Positions 28,297-36,415 of a DNA stretch of 64,000 nucleotides are shown piece by piece. Positions within the stretch are counted from its first letter, which is position 1, and every line of letters begins with the position of its first letter. Source of the DNA: Hyphomicrobiales bacterium (GTDB lineage Bacteria > Pseudomonadota > Alphaproteobacteria > Rhizobiales > UBA4765); NCBI GenBank assembly GCA_965247525.1, contig OZ252015.1:1567485-1631484 (forward strand). Reading direction: 5' to 3'. Below the pieces are notes generated by a model. That model worked only from the letters and a program-made list of their open reading frames with translations, did not search any database and was not told where the DNA came from. The position numbers and the translations under genes were made by a program.

Positions 28297-29032
28297 GGGT
28301 GGATTTGTCCTTCTTTCCGGTCCAGCCCCGATCCAGCGGGCGGGGTGAGCCGCCAGGCGCCGCGCTGTTCCGGTTGCGATAGTGATTGAGACCGGGCTCG
28401 GTCACGCCGTCGGCGACGCCGTAGGTCGCGCCTTCGCCGCGTCCAAGTTCGGAGCGAATGCCGAGATCGATCCAGGCGCGCTTGCGATCCTGCCACCAGC
28501 CCTTGCGGGCATCGAGAACCGAGAACGGCGGAACGCCGAAGCGCTCGGCAAGGGTCGCGCGTTGTGTTTCGGTCGAGGCATCGGACGACTGCTCGCCGTC
28601 CGCCGCGCCATCGCCGCCGGTATCGGCGTCGAGGCCATCGAGCAACCGGCCGAGCTCTTCCTCGGCAAAGCCGAGAAGATCGAGATCGAAGGCGTCTTCG
28701 TGCAGGGCGGCGATCTCGGCCTTGAGCATCGCATCGTCCCAGCCCGCATTTTCCGCGATCCGGTTGTCGGCGATGACCAGCGCCCGGCGCTGCGATTCCG
28801 AAAGATGCGAAAGCACGATGATCGGCACCTCGGCGAGCCCAAGCTTCTCGGCGGCGAGAACGCGCCCGTGGCCAGCGATGATCACATCGTCGGCGCCGAT
28901 CAGCACCGGGTTCACGAAGCCGAACTCGGCAATCGATCCCGCGATCTGCGCAATCTGATCGCCCGAATGGGTCCGTGCGTTGCGGACATAGGGGATCAGC
29001 CGCGCAATCGGGCGGGTCTCGATGGCGAGCAT
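28289..29032 (-). CDS. ParB/Srx-like N-terminal domain protein carrying the start of an MTase domain
   Basis: ATG 29032 with a GGAG RBS. ParB-like IARLIPYVRNARTHSGDQIAQIAGSIAEFGFVNPVLI...IIAGHGR. The C-terminal PPFSVLDARKGWWQDRKRAWIDLGIRSELGRGE resembles the N-terminus of ParB-fused phage MTases. Confidence 0.7.
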   Translation of the reverse strand: MLAIETRPIARLIPYVRNARTHSGDQIAQIAGSIAEFGFVNPVLIGADDVIIAGHGRVLAAEKLGLAEVPIIVLSHLSESQRRALVIADNRIAENAGWDDAMLKAEIAALHEDAFDLDLLGFAEEELGRLLDGLDADTGGDGAADGEQSSDASTETQRATLAERFGVPPFSVLDARKGWWQDRKRAWIDLGIRSELGRGEGATYGVADGVTEPGLNHYRNRNSAAPGGSPRPLDRGWTGKKDKSTHG

Positions 29033-29491
29033 TGTGTCTCCGTTGAATGCGAACCGGGGTGCGAACCCGCGAACCTCAAGGGCGGGTGCGAACCCGGTTC
29101 GCGAACCTGCCGCTAGCAAAGGATCGCGCTGCCGCCGCCCGCATACGTTGAGGGCCGGGAAGAACCTAGAAGGGGCGGGGATCGCCGGTTTCGCGCCGCG
29201 TGCGCGCGTCGAATGCGCTTTGTCGTCGTGTTGTGCGTTTGAATGCGAGTGCGCTGGGGATCGTGGTGTCGATGCCTGCACCTCTCGCGATCATGCCAAC
29301 AAATATCGCCAAAACAGCTGAATTTGTCTCGCTCGAAGTTCGACGATCTGGCGTCGATATACGCCTGTTGAGCGCAGTCGAGAGCCGCGCCCGCGTCGTC
29401 GAATGCGCGTTCAAGTCGCCCCTACGCGCGCGCGAAGGATGAAAGCGCTTCCGCGCTGAAGGCGGGACTGATATGATCGAGCCCTTGAATT

Positions 29492-30247
29492 TTGGGGAGG
29501 TTGTCCGTGACGTCATGGCCAAATGGCGCTAAAGCTGCCATCAGTTTTACATACGATGATGGGCACGGGTCTTGTTTGGACTTTGCCATACCGCAACTGG
29601 AATCTCGTAAGTTTAAAGGAAGCTTTTTCATAACACCAACATTATATGGTGTAGGATCTCGTATTCACGAGTGGAGGGATGCTCATTCAAGAGGACACGA
29701 AATTGGTAATCACTCGTTTAGCCACCCGTGTATGCGTGGCGAATTACGTCTACCTCGCTATCTTGACTGGAGAGTTTTTGCCTCCGAGGAAACCGGACGG
29801 GCAGAGCAGTGGCTGAACGATAACATCTCGGTAGATAATTACAGGGCCTACGCTTATATTTGCGGTGAAACGAAACTCGGACCGGGGCCGGATGACGAAG
29901 CTGAATCAAGATATCTTGAGTTGGTTCAGCACACGTTTAGTGCTGCTCGCACCGGTGGCGGTGGGCCTGCTTCGGTCGAAGGCGTTTTGAGCGATAGACT
30001 TAGGATACCTGCTCAGGCTCTGACATGGGGAAATAATAGCGCAGACAAGTCGATCGAATACTGCCAAGCGGCCTTGCGAACAGGTGGCTGGGCCAGTTTA
30101 ATTTTTCACAAGATTGGCAATCCTTCGATCGATGAATCATACACTTCTTCGGATGTGCATCAAACGATTATTGATTTCGTCGCCTCCACTCCAGAAAATT
30201 TTTGGGTAGACACTTTTTCGAATGTTGTTAGATATATAGTAAAATAA
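29492..30247 (+). CDS. Polysaccharide deacetylase (NodB homology / CE4) family protein, AT-richer moron
   Basis: TTG start. ISFTYDDGHGS (the D-D motif) and HEIGNHSFSHP (the H-x4-H motif). It is on the opposite strand to the phage backbone and visibly AT-richer. Confidence 0.75.
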   Translation: MGRLSVTSWPNGAKAAISFTYDDGHGSCLDFAIPQLESRKFKGSFFITPTLYGVGSRIHEWRDAHSRGHEIGNHSFSHPCMRGELRLPRYLDWRVFASEETGRAEQWLNDNISVDNYRAYAYICGETKLGPGPDDEAESRYLELVQHTFSAARTGGGGPASVEGVLSDRLRIPAQALTWGNNSADKSIEYCQAALRTGGWASLIFHKIGNPSIDESYTSSDVHQTIIDFVASTPENFWVDTFSNVVRYIVK

Positions 30248-30252
30248 TAGTT

Positions 30253-30672
30253 TTAGACTTTAAGTCTTCTTTGGTCCAACACGGACTTCACATGCAGGCG
30301 ATGGCTGATCTTGATCAGCGCGGTCGCCCACCAGCGCCAGGCTGTCGCCCTGCTCACGCCGAGCCTTCGGCAGATCGGCTTCCACCGCATGCCCTCGGCG
30401 CGCAGCCACACAACGCGCGCCTCTTCGGGTTCGAGCCAGAACAGCCAGGCAAAGCATTCGTCCATGCGGTCGATGGATTGCGGCGTTGCCCAGACCTTCA
30501 TGGGCTGGCGCTCCATGGCCATGATCTCCCATGTCGTTCGCACGATAGCGGGCCAGACGTTGAAATAGCCCTGCGGCTTGTCGTCAGGCAGGCGGCGCAG
30601 GGTGCGTGCCGCTTCCTCGAAGCGGTCCTCGATCTCGTTCGGCGAAAGCGGTCCAGACAGGCGCTTGCTCAT
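30253..30672 (-). CDS. Phage regulatory protein with a C-terminal HTH (hypothetical)
   Basis: 139 aa with a C-terminal ICRRLGVSRATAWRWWATALIKI helix-turn-helix. Its start overlaps the RuvC stop. Confidence 0.45.
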   Translation of the reverse strand: MSKRLSGPLSPNEIEDRFEEAARTLRRLPDDKPQGYFNVWPAIVRTTWEIMAMERQPMKVWATPQSIDRMDECFAWLFWLEPEEARVVWLRAEGMRWKPICRRLGVSRATAWRWWATALIKISHRLHVKSVLDQRRLKV

Positions 30673-31202
30673 TATGCGCCTCCGATCTCATTGGCGATGG
30701 CCCAGGCGAGAAGCGCCAGAGCATCGGCCTCGTTGTCGTCCTTCGGTAGGAAACCTTGCGCCCGCACGGCGCGGATCACGTCCTCCTTCGGCGCATTGCC
30801 CTTGCCGGTGGCATGGCGCTTGATCGTGGCCACAGGCACGCCGAGATAGGGCGCGGCCTTGCGCTCGCACCATGCGGTAAGATGGGCGAGGAAGCCGCCA
30901 TAGACCTGCGCGGCAAGTGTTCCGGCGTGGGCGCGGACTTCCTCGAACACGACGGCGTCGAACGGGCCAGCATCGCGGTTGAGATCGGCGAGAAATTTCT
31001 CGAAGCGCAGGAACGCCATGCCAGCGCCTTCGAAGCGGCCAGGACGGAATTCGGTCACGCCCGAGGCAATCCGGCCCGAGCGCGGCAGCACGGCCCATCC
31101 GGTTCTGGTTCCAAGATCAAGCGCGAGGATCGTTCGCGACGGCGGCGGCGTCACGGCGGGCGCCGGCGGGATGGAAGGGTTTTTTACGGCGAGGGCAAGC
31201 AT
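30672..31202 (-). CDS. RuvC-like Holliday junction resolvase
   Basis: ATG 31202 with an AGGAGG RBS. ILALDLGTRTGWAV, AVVFEEV and KDDNEADALALLAWA carry the acidic catalytic residues in RuvC order. The listed ORF's long N-terminal extension is rejected. Confidence 0.75.
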   Translation of the reverse strand: MLALAVKNPSIPPAPAVTPPPSRTILALDLGTRTGWAVLPRSGRIASGVTEFRPGRFEGAGMAFLRFEKFLADLNRDAGPFDAVVFEEVRAHAGTLAAQVYGGFLAHLTAWCERKAAPYLGVPVATIKRHATGKGNAPKEDVIRAVRAQGFLPKDDNEADALALLAWAIANEIGGA

Positions 31203-31216
31203 GGGTTCCTCCTGAG

Positions 31217-31924
31217 CTAGAACGGGATGTCGTCGCCGCGTTCCCAATCGATCGGCGGCTTGGTGGATGGTGTTTCTGGGCGGGAATCGAGCAGCGGTGC
31301 GTAAAGGCCAGCGAAGCCAACAGAACGGCTTCGGCGATTGCGGGCAGGCAGTTTGCGGGTGGGCTTCGTCTCGCGTTCTGTGGCCACGACAGGCGCGGCA
31401 GAACCGATCGTAAGTTTGGCGGTTGTGCCTGCGGGCCGAACCGCGGTGACTTCGGCGCCGGGGAAGGCCTCTTTCGTCGCGCGCACCGTGTCGCCGAAGG
31501 CTTCGATTGCAATCGCCACTTCGGCGAGCGTCCAGACCGCGCCCTTGCGTTCCTTCGCCAGAGCGAAGGCCTCGTCGGAATCGCGCACGATGGCGATCAC
31601 CTCGCCGGTTTCGGGCAGCACGGTTTCCCAGACCGTCGGGGCCAACGGTTTCCAGCCGCCGGTGATCGCAGCCGCATCGAGCGCATTCCACGCCCGCAGC
31701 ATGGCTTCGGCCTGGGCCGAGACCGCGGCCGAAACATCCGAACGGATCGCCTCGTCGAGACGTTCGGCTTGCGACCGAAACCGAACGGCGAGCGGCGCAT
31801 CGACAAGCTTCGGGAGGCGATCAATTCCCCACTTGCGTTCCATGACTGAGGCCACCGCATCGAGGCGATCGAGCGAGGCCTTTGCCAGATCGGCGGCGGG
31901 CATTGGGTTCAGAGCGGCGGTCAT
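31217..31924 (-). CDS. Hypothetical phage replication-module protein with an SSB-like C-terminal tip (…GDDIPF)
   Basis: 235 aa: a structured N-terminal part, a basic/Pro-rich linker, and a terminal DWERGDDIPF. Confidence 0.55.
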   Translation of the reverse strand: MTAALNPMPAADLAKASLDRLDAVASVMERKWGIDRLPKLVDAPLAVRFRSQAERLDEAIRSDVSAAVSAQAEAMLRAWNALDAAAITGGWKPLAPTVWETVLPETGEVIAIVRDSDEAFALAKERKGAVWTLAEVAIAIEAFGDTVRATKEAFPGAEVTAVRPAGTTAKLTIGSAAPVVATERETKPTRKLPARNRRSRSVGFAGLYAPLLDSRPETPSTKPPIDWERGDDIPF

Positions 31925-31981
31925 GCCAGCGCCCTCCGCCAGAAGCGCGGCGCGGCACGCCTTCGCGTGCGCGCCCGCGCG

Positions 31982-32000
31982 GTATCCCCGTAGGGGATAC
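31982..32000. repeat. Perfect palindrome GTATCCCC-GTA-GGGGATAC
   Basis: Read directly: 8-bp arms with a 3-nt spacer. Confidence 0.8.
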
Positions 32001-32006
32001 TGGCCT

Positions 32007-32124
32007 GTCTCCGTTTCCGTCTCCGCTTTGAAATCAAGGGCTTAGCGCGACGTTTCCGCGTCTCCGCGATGTTTCCGCCTTCAATGAAATCAAGCACTTG
32101 GGCTACGTCTCCGCCCTGTCTCCG
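32007..32124. repeat. Iteron-like array: 8 copies of GT(C/T)TCCG plus 2 copies of GAAATCAAG
   Basis: Heptamers start at 32007, 32013, 32019, 32052, 32060, 32071, 32107 and 32118. GAAATCAAG occurs twice in the same stretch. Confidence 0.75.
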
Positions 32125-32138
32125 CCGATCCGTCGCGG

Positions 32139-34367
32139 TCATTCGAACTCCTCCGCAGGTTCATGGTTTCGGCGCTGGTCGGAGCGCATATCGCGCTCGT
32201 CCAAAGGGACGATCCGCAGGCCGTAGGTTTTGGTTTTGGCGTCGAAGAGCGTCCGTTCGATCGCACCGCCGCCCATCAGCCGGGCCAGCACATCCGCGAC
32301 GGTTTCGGCGGCGACGCGCAGCGCCTTTCCGACGATCCCCGGCGCATAGCGATCCTTCGCCCGGGGTTGTTCGGAGAGCGGCGAGCCTCCGTTCCAGGCG
32401 GTTCGGATCGCTTCGAACAGCGCGCTTTCGATTTCGGTAGAGCGGTCCTGTTGTGGGGCGCGCTCATTCGGATCGCCGGGCACCAGTGCGCCGACTTCCT
32501 CGCCATTGGCGATGATGATCGACACGCGCTTGAACCAGCGCGCCGAACCGGACGCGAGCGACAGGTTCGCCTTCGCATCATCGAGACGCACCCACAGGCG
32601 GCGCTCATCCGCATCGAGGCCAAACTTGTCGGCGTCGCTCTGCGACATGGCGAAGAGCGTGCGCATGATGCGAGCGACACCGCCGAGGGACGACGCGCCA
32701 CGCGAGGCCGACAGCGAGCCCGTCCAGGCATCTGGCGACGCCGACGGCGGCTTGCCGGTGTGGTGGACGATGACGACCGCGCAATCGCCGCGCCGGGCCA
32801 CTTCGCGCCACATGGCGGCGACGGCCTTGATCTGGGCGTTGTTGTTTTCATCGACCTCGTGGGTCTCGACGAAGGGATCGACGATAAGGAGGCCGATGCC
32901 TTCGGCCTGCACGCGCTCGATGATGGCTTCGATATCCGGCAGGCGCACCACCGCGCCGTCCTTCGTCGCCTTGGCGATGACGAGCGGGCGCTCCGAGCCG
33001 GAGTTGAGACCGAGCTTGCCGCGCAGATCAGCGGGCGCGACGTTCCATTGCTGCATGATCGCAGCCAGGCGACGACGCAGTTCATTGCGGTCGTCCTCGT
33101 TGTTCCAGACCCATGCCTTGATTGTCTCGTGAACGGTTTCGCCCACGATCTCGCCACGACCGGTGACGCCGGCGACCGCCAGCGCAATGCCGAGCGTGGA
33201 CTTGCCCGCACCGGGCGGCGCCACGAGCACGGTCAGATGGCCGCGGATCGCAAACGAGCCGACCAGCCAGCGGCGGCGCGGGATCATGGCGGCGCTTGCG
33301 CCGTCCTCCCATTCGATCGTGAGCGGAGGCGGCGGAAGCTTGTCCTCGATCGTCAGGACCGGGTTCGGCAGGTTCCACTTGCGCCGCGCGCCCGTGATCA
33401 TCGAGTTGAGTTGAAGGCACGTCTGATCGACCGTGTAACTTCGCCCGTCCGGCCCGTTGCCGATGGTCAAAGCGGGCGCGAATGCCAGGATCTCGGCGTT
33501 CGACAATCCGCGCGCCACCCAGTTGCCGACGAGCCGAACGGCGTTCTGGTGCCAGTGGTCGTTGCGCTGGATCGCGGCCAGCGTCGCCTCGACCGACAGA
33601 CTGCCAATAGGCAGTTCGAGCGGCCTCGGCGGCGAAGGCGCCATTGAGGGCGCTGACGGCTCCGAAGCTGCCGGAGCAGTCTGCAGGAGCGGCGCGGGCG
33701 CGGCGAAGGCTTGCGCGAGCGCCGACGCCCAATAGGCCGGCGGGCGATCATCTTCGGGGATATGGACTTCGGTAGCTTCGACAACGCGGCCCGGCTTTAG
33801 CGGCCAGGCAATCGATCCGCCGAGTCGCAGCACGCGGCCGGGGTTCGAGACGGTGCTGTCGCCGCCGAGCGCGAGGCCGATGCTGGAGCAAAGCGTCTTG
33901 ATTGCCGCGCCGTCCCGCTCGGCGTCCACAAGCCGCCACCAGAATTGCGCGCGCATGTGGGGATGGCGACCGGTGACAACGGTCATGGTCGCCGGAACAC
34001 CTGCCGCCTTCGCCGCTTTGATGGCCGCTTCGACGCAATCATCATCGATATCGGCCCAGGCGAAGGGCGCGGAATGGAAATCGGAATCAGCCGCGCGCTT
34101 CGCCAGCGCGGTGCCCGGTTTGCGGAGCGCGGCGCCGACATAGACGTTGCATCGCTCGGTGCGGTTCAGTTCAGCGGCACGCTCGACCAGTTCTTCGAGC
34201 TGATCGGTGCCGAACATCTGCGCGTTGCGAAGCGAGCCGGTCGCCGGATCGGTCCACGCCAGTTCGACGAGCCCATCGAGCGCACCGTCGAAGCCGCCGC
34301 CGAACACCAGTTCGACATGGCGGAGCATCGCAATGGGATCGGGCTGAATGGTTGAGGCCTCGCTCAT
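32139..34367 (-). CDS. Bifunctional primase-polymerase / RepA-like (AAA_25) helicase
   Basis: 742 aa with a prim-pol-like N-terminus. Walker A is LVAPPGAGKSTLGIALAV, and Walker B-like LLIVDPFVETH follows. The start overlaps the C5-MTase stop (ATGA). Confidence 0.8.
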   Translation of the reverse strand: MSEASTIQPDPIAMLRHVELVFGGGFDGALDGLVELAWTDPATGSLRNAQMFGTDQLEELVERAAELNRTERCNVYVGAALRKPGTALAKRAADSDFHSAPFAWADIDDDCVEAAIKAAKAAGVPATMTVVTGRHPHMRAQFWWRLVDAERDGAAIKTLCSSIGLALGGDSTVSNPGRVLRLGGSIAWPLKPGRVVEATEVHIPEDDRPPAYWASALAQAFAAPAPLLQTAPAASEPSAPSMAPSPPRPLELPIGSLSVEATLAAIQRNDHWHQNAVRLVGNWVARGLSNAEILAFAPALTIGNGPDGRSYTVDQTCLQLNSMITGARRKWNLPNPVLTIEDKLPPPPLTIEWEDGASAAMIPRRRWLVGSFAIRGHLTVLVAPPGAGKSTLGIALAVAGVTGRGEIVGETVHETIKAWVWNNEDDRNELRRRLAAIMQQWNVAPADLRGKLGLNSGSERPLVIAKATKDGAVVRLPDIEAIIERVQAEGIGLLIVDPFVETHEVDENNNAQIKAVAAMWREVARRGDCAVVIVHHTGKPPSASPDAWTGSLSASRGASSLGGVARIMRTLFAMSQSDADKFGLDADERRLWVRLDDAKANLSLASGSARWFKRVSIIIANGEEVGALVPGDPNERAPQQDRSTEIESALFEAIRTAWNGGSPLSEQPRAKDRYAPGIVGKALRVAAETVADVLARLMGGGAIERTLFDAKTKTYGLRIVPLDERDMRSDQRRNHEPAEEFE

Positions 34368-35656
34368 GGGCGGGCCTCGGAGGTGAGGATGGCACTAAGG
34401 ATTTGCGCGGCGACTTGCGGAACGATCGCGTTGCCGAGCGCCCTTAGTCGAGCCACCCGTTCGGATATCCCATGAGCCAGCAAACCCAAGCCGGGTTCAG
34501 TGCGCCGGAGTTTTCCGTCGGCGCATTCGACCCAGACGGCATGTCCCCACGGATCGCTGTCTGCGCCGCTTGCGCAGGCAGTGGTTGACCGCCCGCCCCA
34601 AACGCCTGGTTCGGCCCACCCTTTGCTCCGTCCGTCGCGCGGGGCGTTGACCAGTTCGCTTTGGCCTGCACGTTCAGCGCCTGGCTGTTCCGGCAGAACT
34701 GGCTCGGCGCTCCCAGGTTCGCGGAATCGTTCTGTGTCGGCGTTGACCACGGAGCCACCGCCGAGCGCCGCGCAAGTTGATCGAGCCCCATCTCGTCTTT
34801 GCGCTCGCCGCTGCGGCTGCGAAAGCTGTCCGTCCCCGGCGTCGGCCAGTTCGCCGGTCCCGCCCGATACATCTCCGTCCGGTTCATCCCCGACGACCGC
34901 TCGCCCGAGCAAACCCGGGGCGTCGGCCAGGGCGCCGACAGCGCGAGCGTTTTCAGCGCCGGACCTCCCTGCCGTCCGGGCGGCGGTTGCGCTCCGGTGC
35001 TTTCGTTCGCCCTCGGCGTCGGCCACGGCGATACGGCCATCGCCACCTCGTCCGGCAGGTTCGCCCCGCCATGTTTCCCGCCAAACCTCCGCCACCGCTT
35101 CGGATCGCCCCGGCCCTGCGCATCGTGCGCCTGTGGCGTCGTCCAGCCCTTTGGCGACGATCCAGACCCGCATGCGGTCATGGGGCGCGCCGACGGCGCA
35201 AGCCGGAATCCAAAACGGCCGGCCGGCGTAGCCCAGGGCTTCCAGATCAAAGAGCGTTCGATCGAGCCCCAGATCGCGATGACCATCAACGTTTTCGAAC
35301 AGGCACCAAGCGGGTCTTTCTTCGAGAGCCCCGAGGAGGCGAGCGCATTCCGGCCAGAGGTAGCGATCATCCGACATTCCGCGCCGGACGCCTGCGACCG
35401 AGAACGGCTGGCACGGGTAGCCGCCGGTCCAGAGCGGGCGGTCGTCGGGCCATCCTGCGAGGCGGACGGCAAGGCCGAAGCCGCCGATCCCGGCGAAGAG
35501 ATGGACTTGGGCGTATCCCCGAAGATCGGCAGCTTGAACTGTTCGGATGTCACGGTCGTCAACGTCCCCTGGCGGCAACGATCCGTCGGCGATCCGGCGC
35601 TTCAGAACGGCGACGGCGAACGGATCGATCTCGTTGTAGTAGGCGCGCAGAGGCAT
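34364..35656 (-). CDS. DNA (cytosine-5)-methyltransferase with an apparent internal frame switch (possibly a pseudogene)
   Basis: The frame of ATG 35656 carries motif I (LFAGIGGFG), motif IV (YPCQPFS), motif VI (FENV), APHDRMRVWIVA and the C-terminal motif X (LGNAIVPQV). The typical TRD/motif IX sequences (WPTP repeats, ATDGAKGGPNQ, WLMGYPNGW) are in the overlapping ORF 34444..35562. Confidence 0.7.
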   Translation of the reverse strand: MPLRAYYNEIDPFAVAVLKRRIADGSLPPGDVDDRDIRTVQAADLRGYAQVHLFAGIGGFGLAVRLAGWPDDRPLWTGGYPCQPFSVAGVRRGMSDDRYLWPECARLLGALEERPAWCLFENVDGHRDLGLDRTLFDLEALGYAGRPFWIPACAVGAPHDRMRVWIVAKGLDDATGARCAGPGRSEAVAEVWRETWRGEPAGRGGDGRIAVADAEGERKHRSATAARTAGRSGAENARAVGALADAPGLLGRAVVGDEPDGDVSGGTGELADAGDGQLSQPQRRAQRRDGARSTCAALGGGSVVNADTERFREPGSAEPVLPEQPGAERAGQSELVNAPRDGRSKGWAEPGVWGGRSTTACASGADSDPWGHAVWVECADGKLRRTEPGLGLLAHGISERVARLRALGNAIVPQVAAQILSAILTSEARP

Positions 35657-35738
35657 GGCGTGATCGCCCACGTGTTGAAGGGATTGGTGGATGGCAGAGC
35701 GATTGCCCGCGCCGGTTCTCGGCGCGGGCGGTGCGCGT

Positions 35739-36374
35739 TCAGAAGTCGGTCTCGTAGACGGGTTGTGGCGCAGGCTTCGCGGCGGGCGGCGGCACATGGC
35801 CAGCGGGCGCGGGCTTCGACGCTGCGGCGACGTTGCCTTTCCAGACCTCGCTCTCTTCGACCGCCGAGGCGTCCGGGAATTCCGCCGGGCGATCGACCCA
35901 CTTCGTCAGTTCGAGCTTCGGCCGGTAGTTGGTGCCGTATTTGTCCTTCATTGCGTCAGCGCCGGTACAGGCGATCACCGGCACCTTGCCGCGGTTCTCC
36001 GTGCGCCCGGCCTGTTCCTCGAACACCGCATAGACATCGCGGATCGCATTCGAGACGTGGATCGAGGCGGAGGCCATTTCGACGGCGCCGCCGAAGAACT
36101 TCGGCGAGAAGGCCATCACGACGAAGCCACGCTTGAAGCCCTCGCCGGGAGTGGGCGCGACCTTATCCAGCGCAGGATCGATCAGCCGTTCCGGCGCCTG
36201 GCCTTCCTGAAAGCGCAGCCAGCCGGTGCGGATATTGGCGAGATCGAGCAGGAAGGTGGGACGGGCGATTTCCAGATCGCCGCCGCCCTCCGCGCGGATA
36301 AACCACTTGTCCGATTTGGCGTTGTATTTGACGTAAGGGCGGATGATGCCGGAAGCGCCGATATTGAGTGCCAT
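35739..36374 (-). CDS. Hypothetical phage protein, possibly ssDNA-binding/annealing (gp2.5-like?), with an acidic-aromatic C-terminal tip
   Basis: 211 aa with a C-terminal Pro/Ala linker ending in VYETDF. It lies next to the nuclease gene. The functional call is positional only. Confidence 0.4.
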   Translation of the reverse strand: MALNIGASGIIRPYVKYNAKSDKWFIRAEGGGDLEIARPTFLLDLANIRTGWLRFQEGQAPERLIDPALDKVAPTPGEGFKRGFVVMAFSPKFFGGAVEMASASIHVSNAIRDVYAVFEEQAGRTENRGKVPVIACTGADAMKDKYGTNYRPKLELTKWVDRPAEFPDASAVEESEVWKGNVAAASKPAPAGHVPPPAAKPAPQPVYETDF

Positions 36375-36415
36375 TGTTTGTCTCCTTGAGCGTTGAGCCT
36401 TGAGCGATTGAGGGT

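Noticed and set aside
31921-32142. A 73-aa, very basic ORF with start and stop overlaps to both neighbours.
   Set aside because: Its RR/KRR-rich sequence simply mirrors the GT(C/T)TCCG DNA repeats. The region is better explained as an iteron array. I cannot fully exclude a real small protein.
34444-35562. The 372-aa overlapping ORF as an independent gene.
   Set aside because: Only its C-terminal two thirds looks like protein, specifically the Dcm TRD. Its N-terminal third is off-frame translation of Dcm motifs I-VIII. I interpret it as the displaced middle of the Dcm gene, not as a separate gene.
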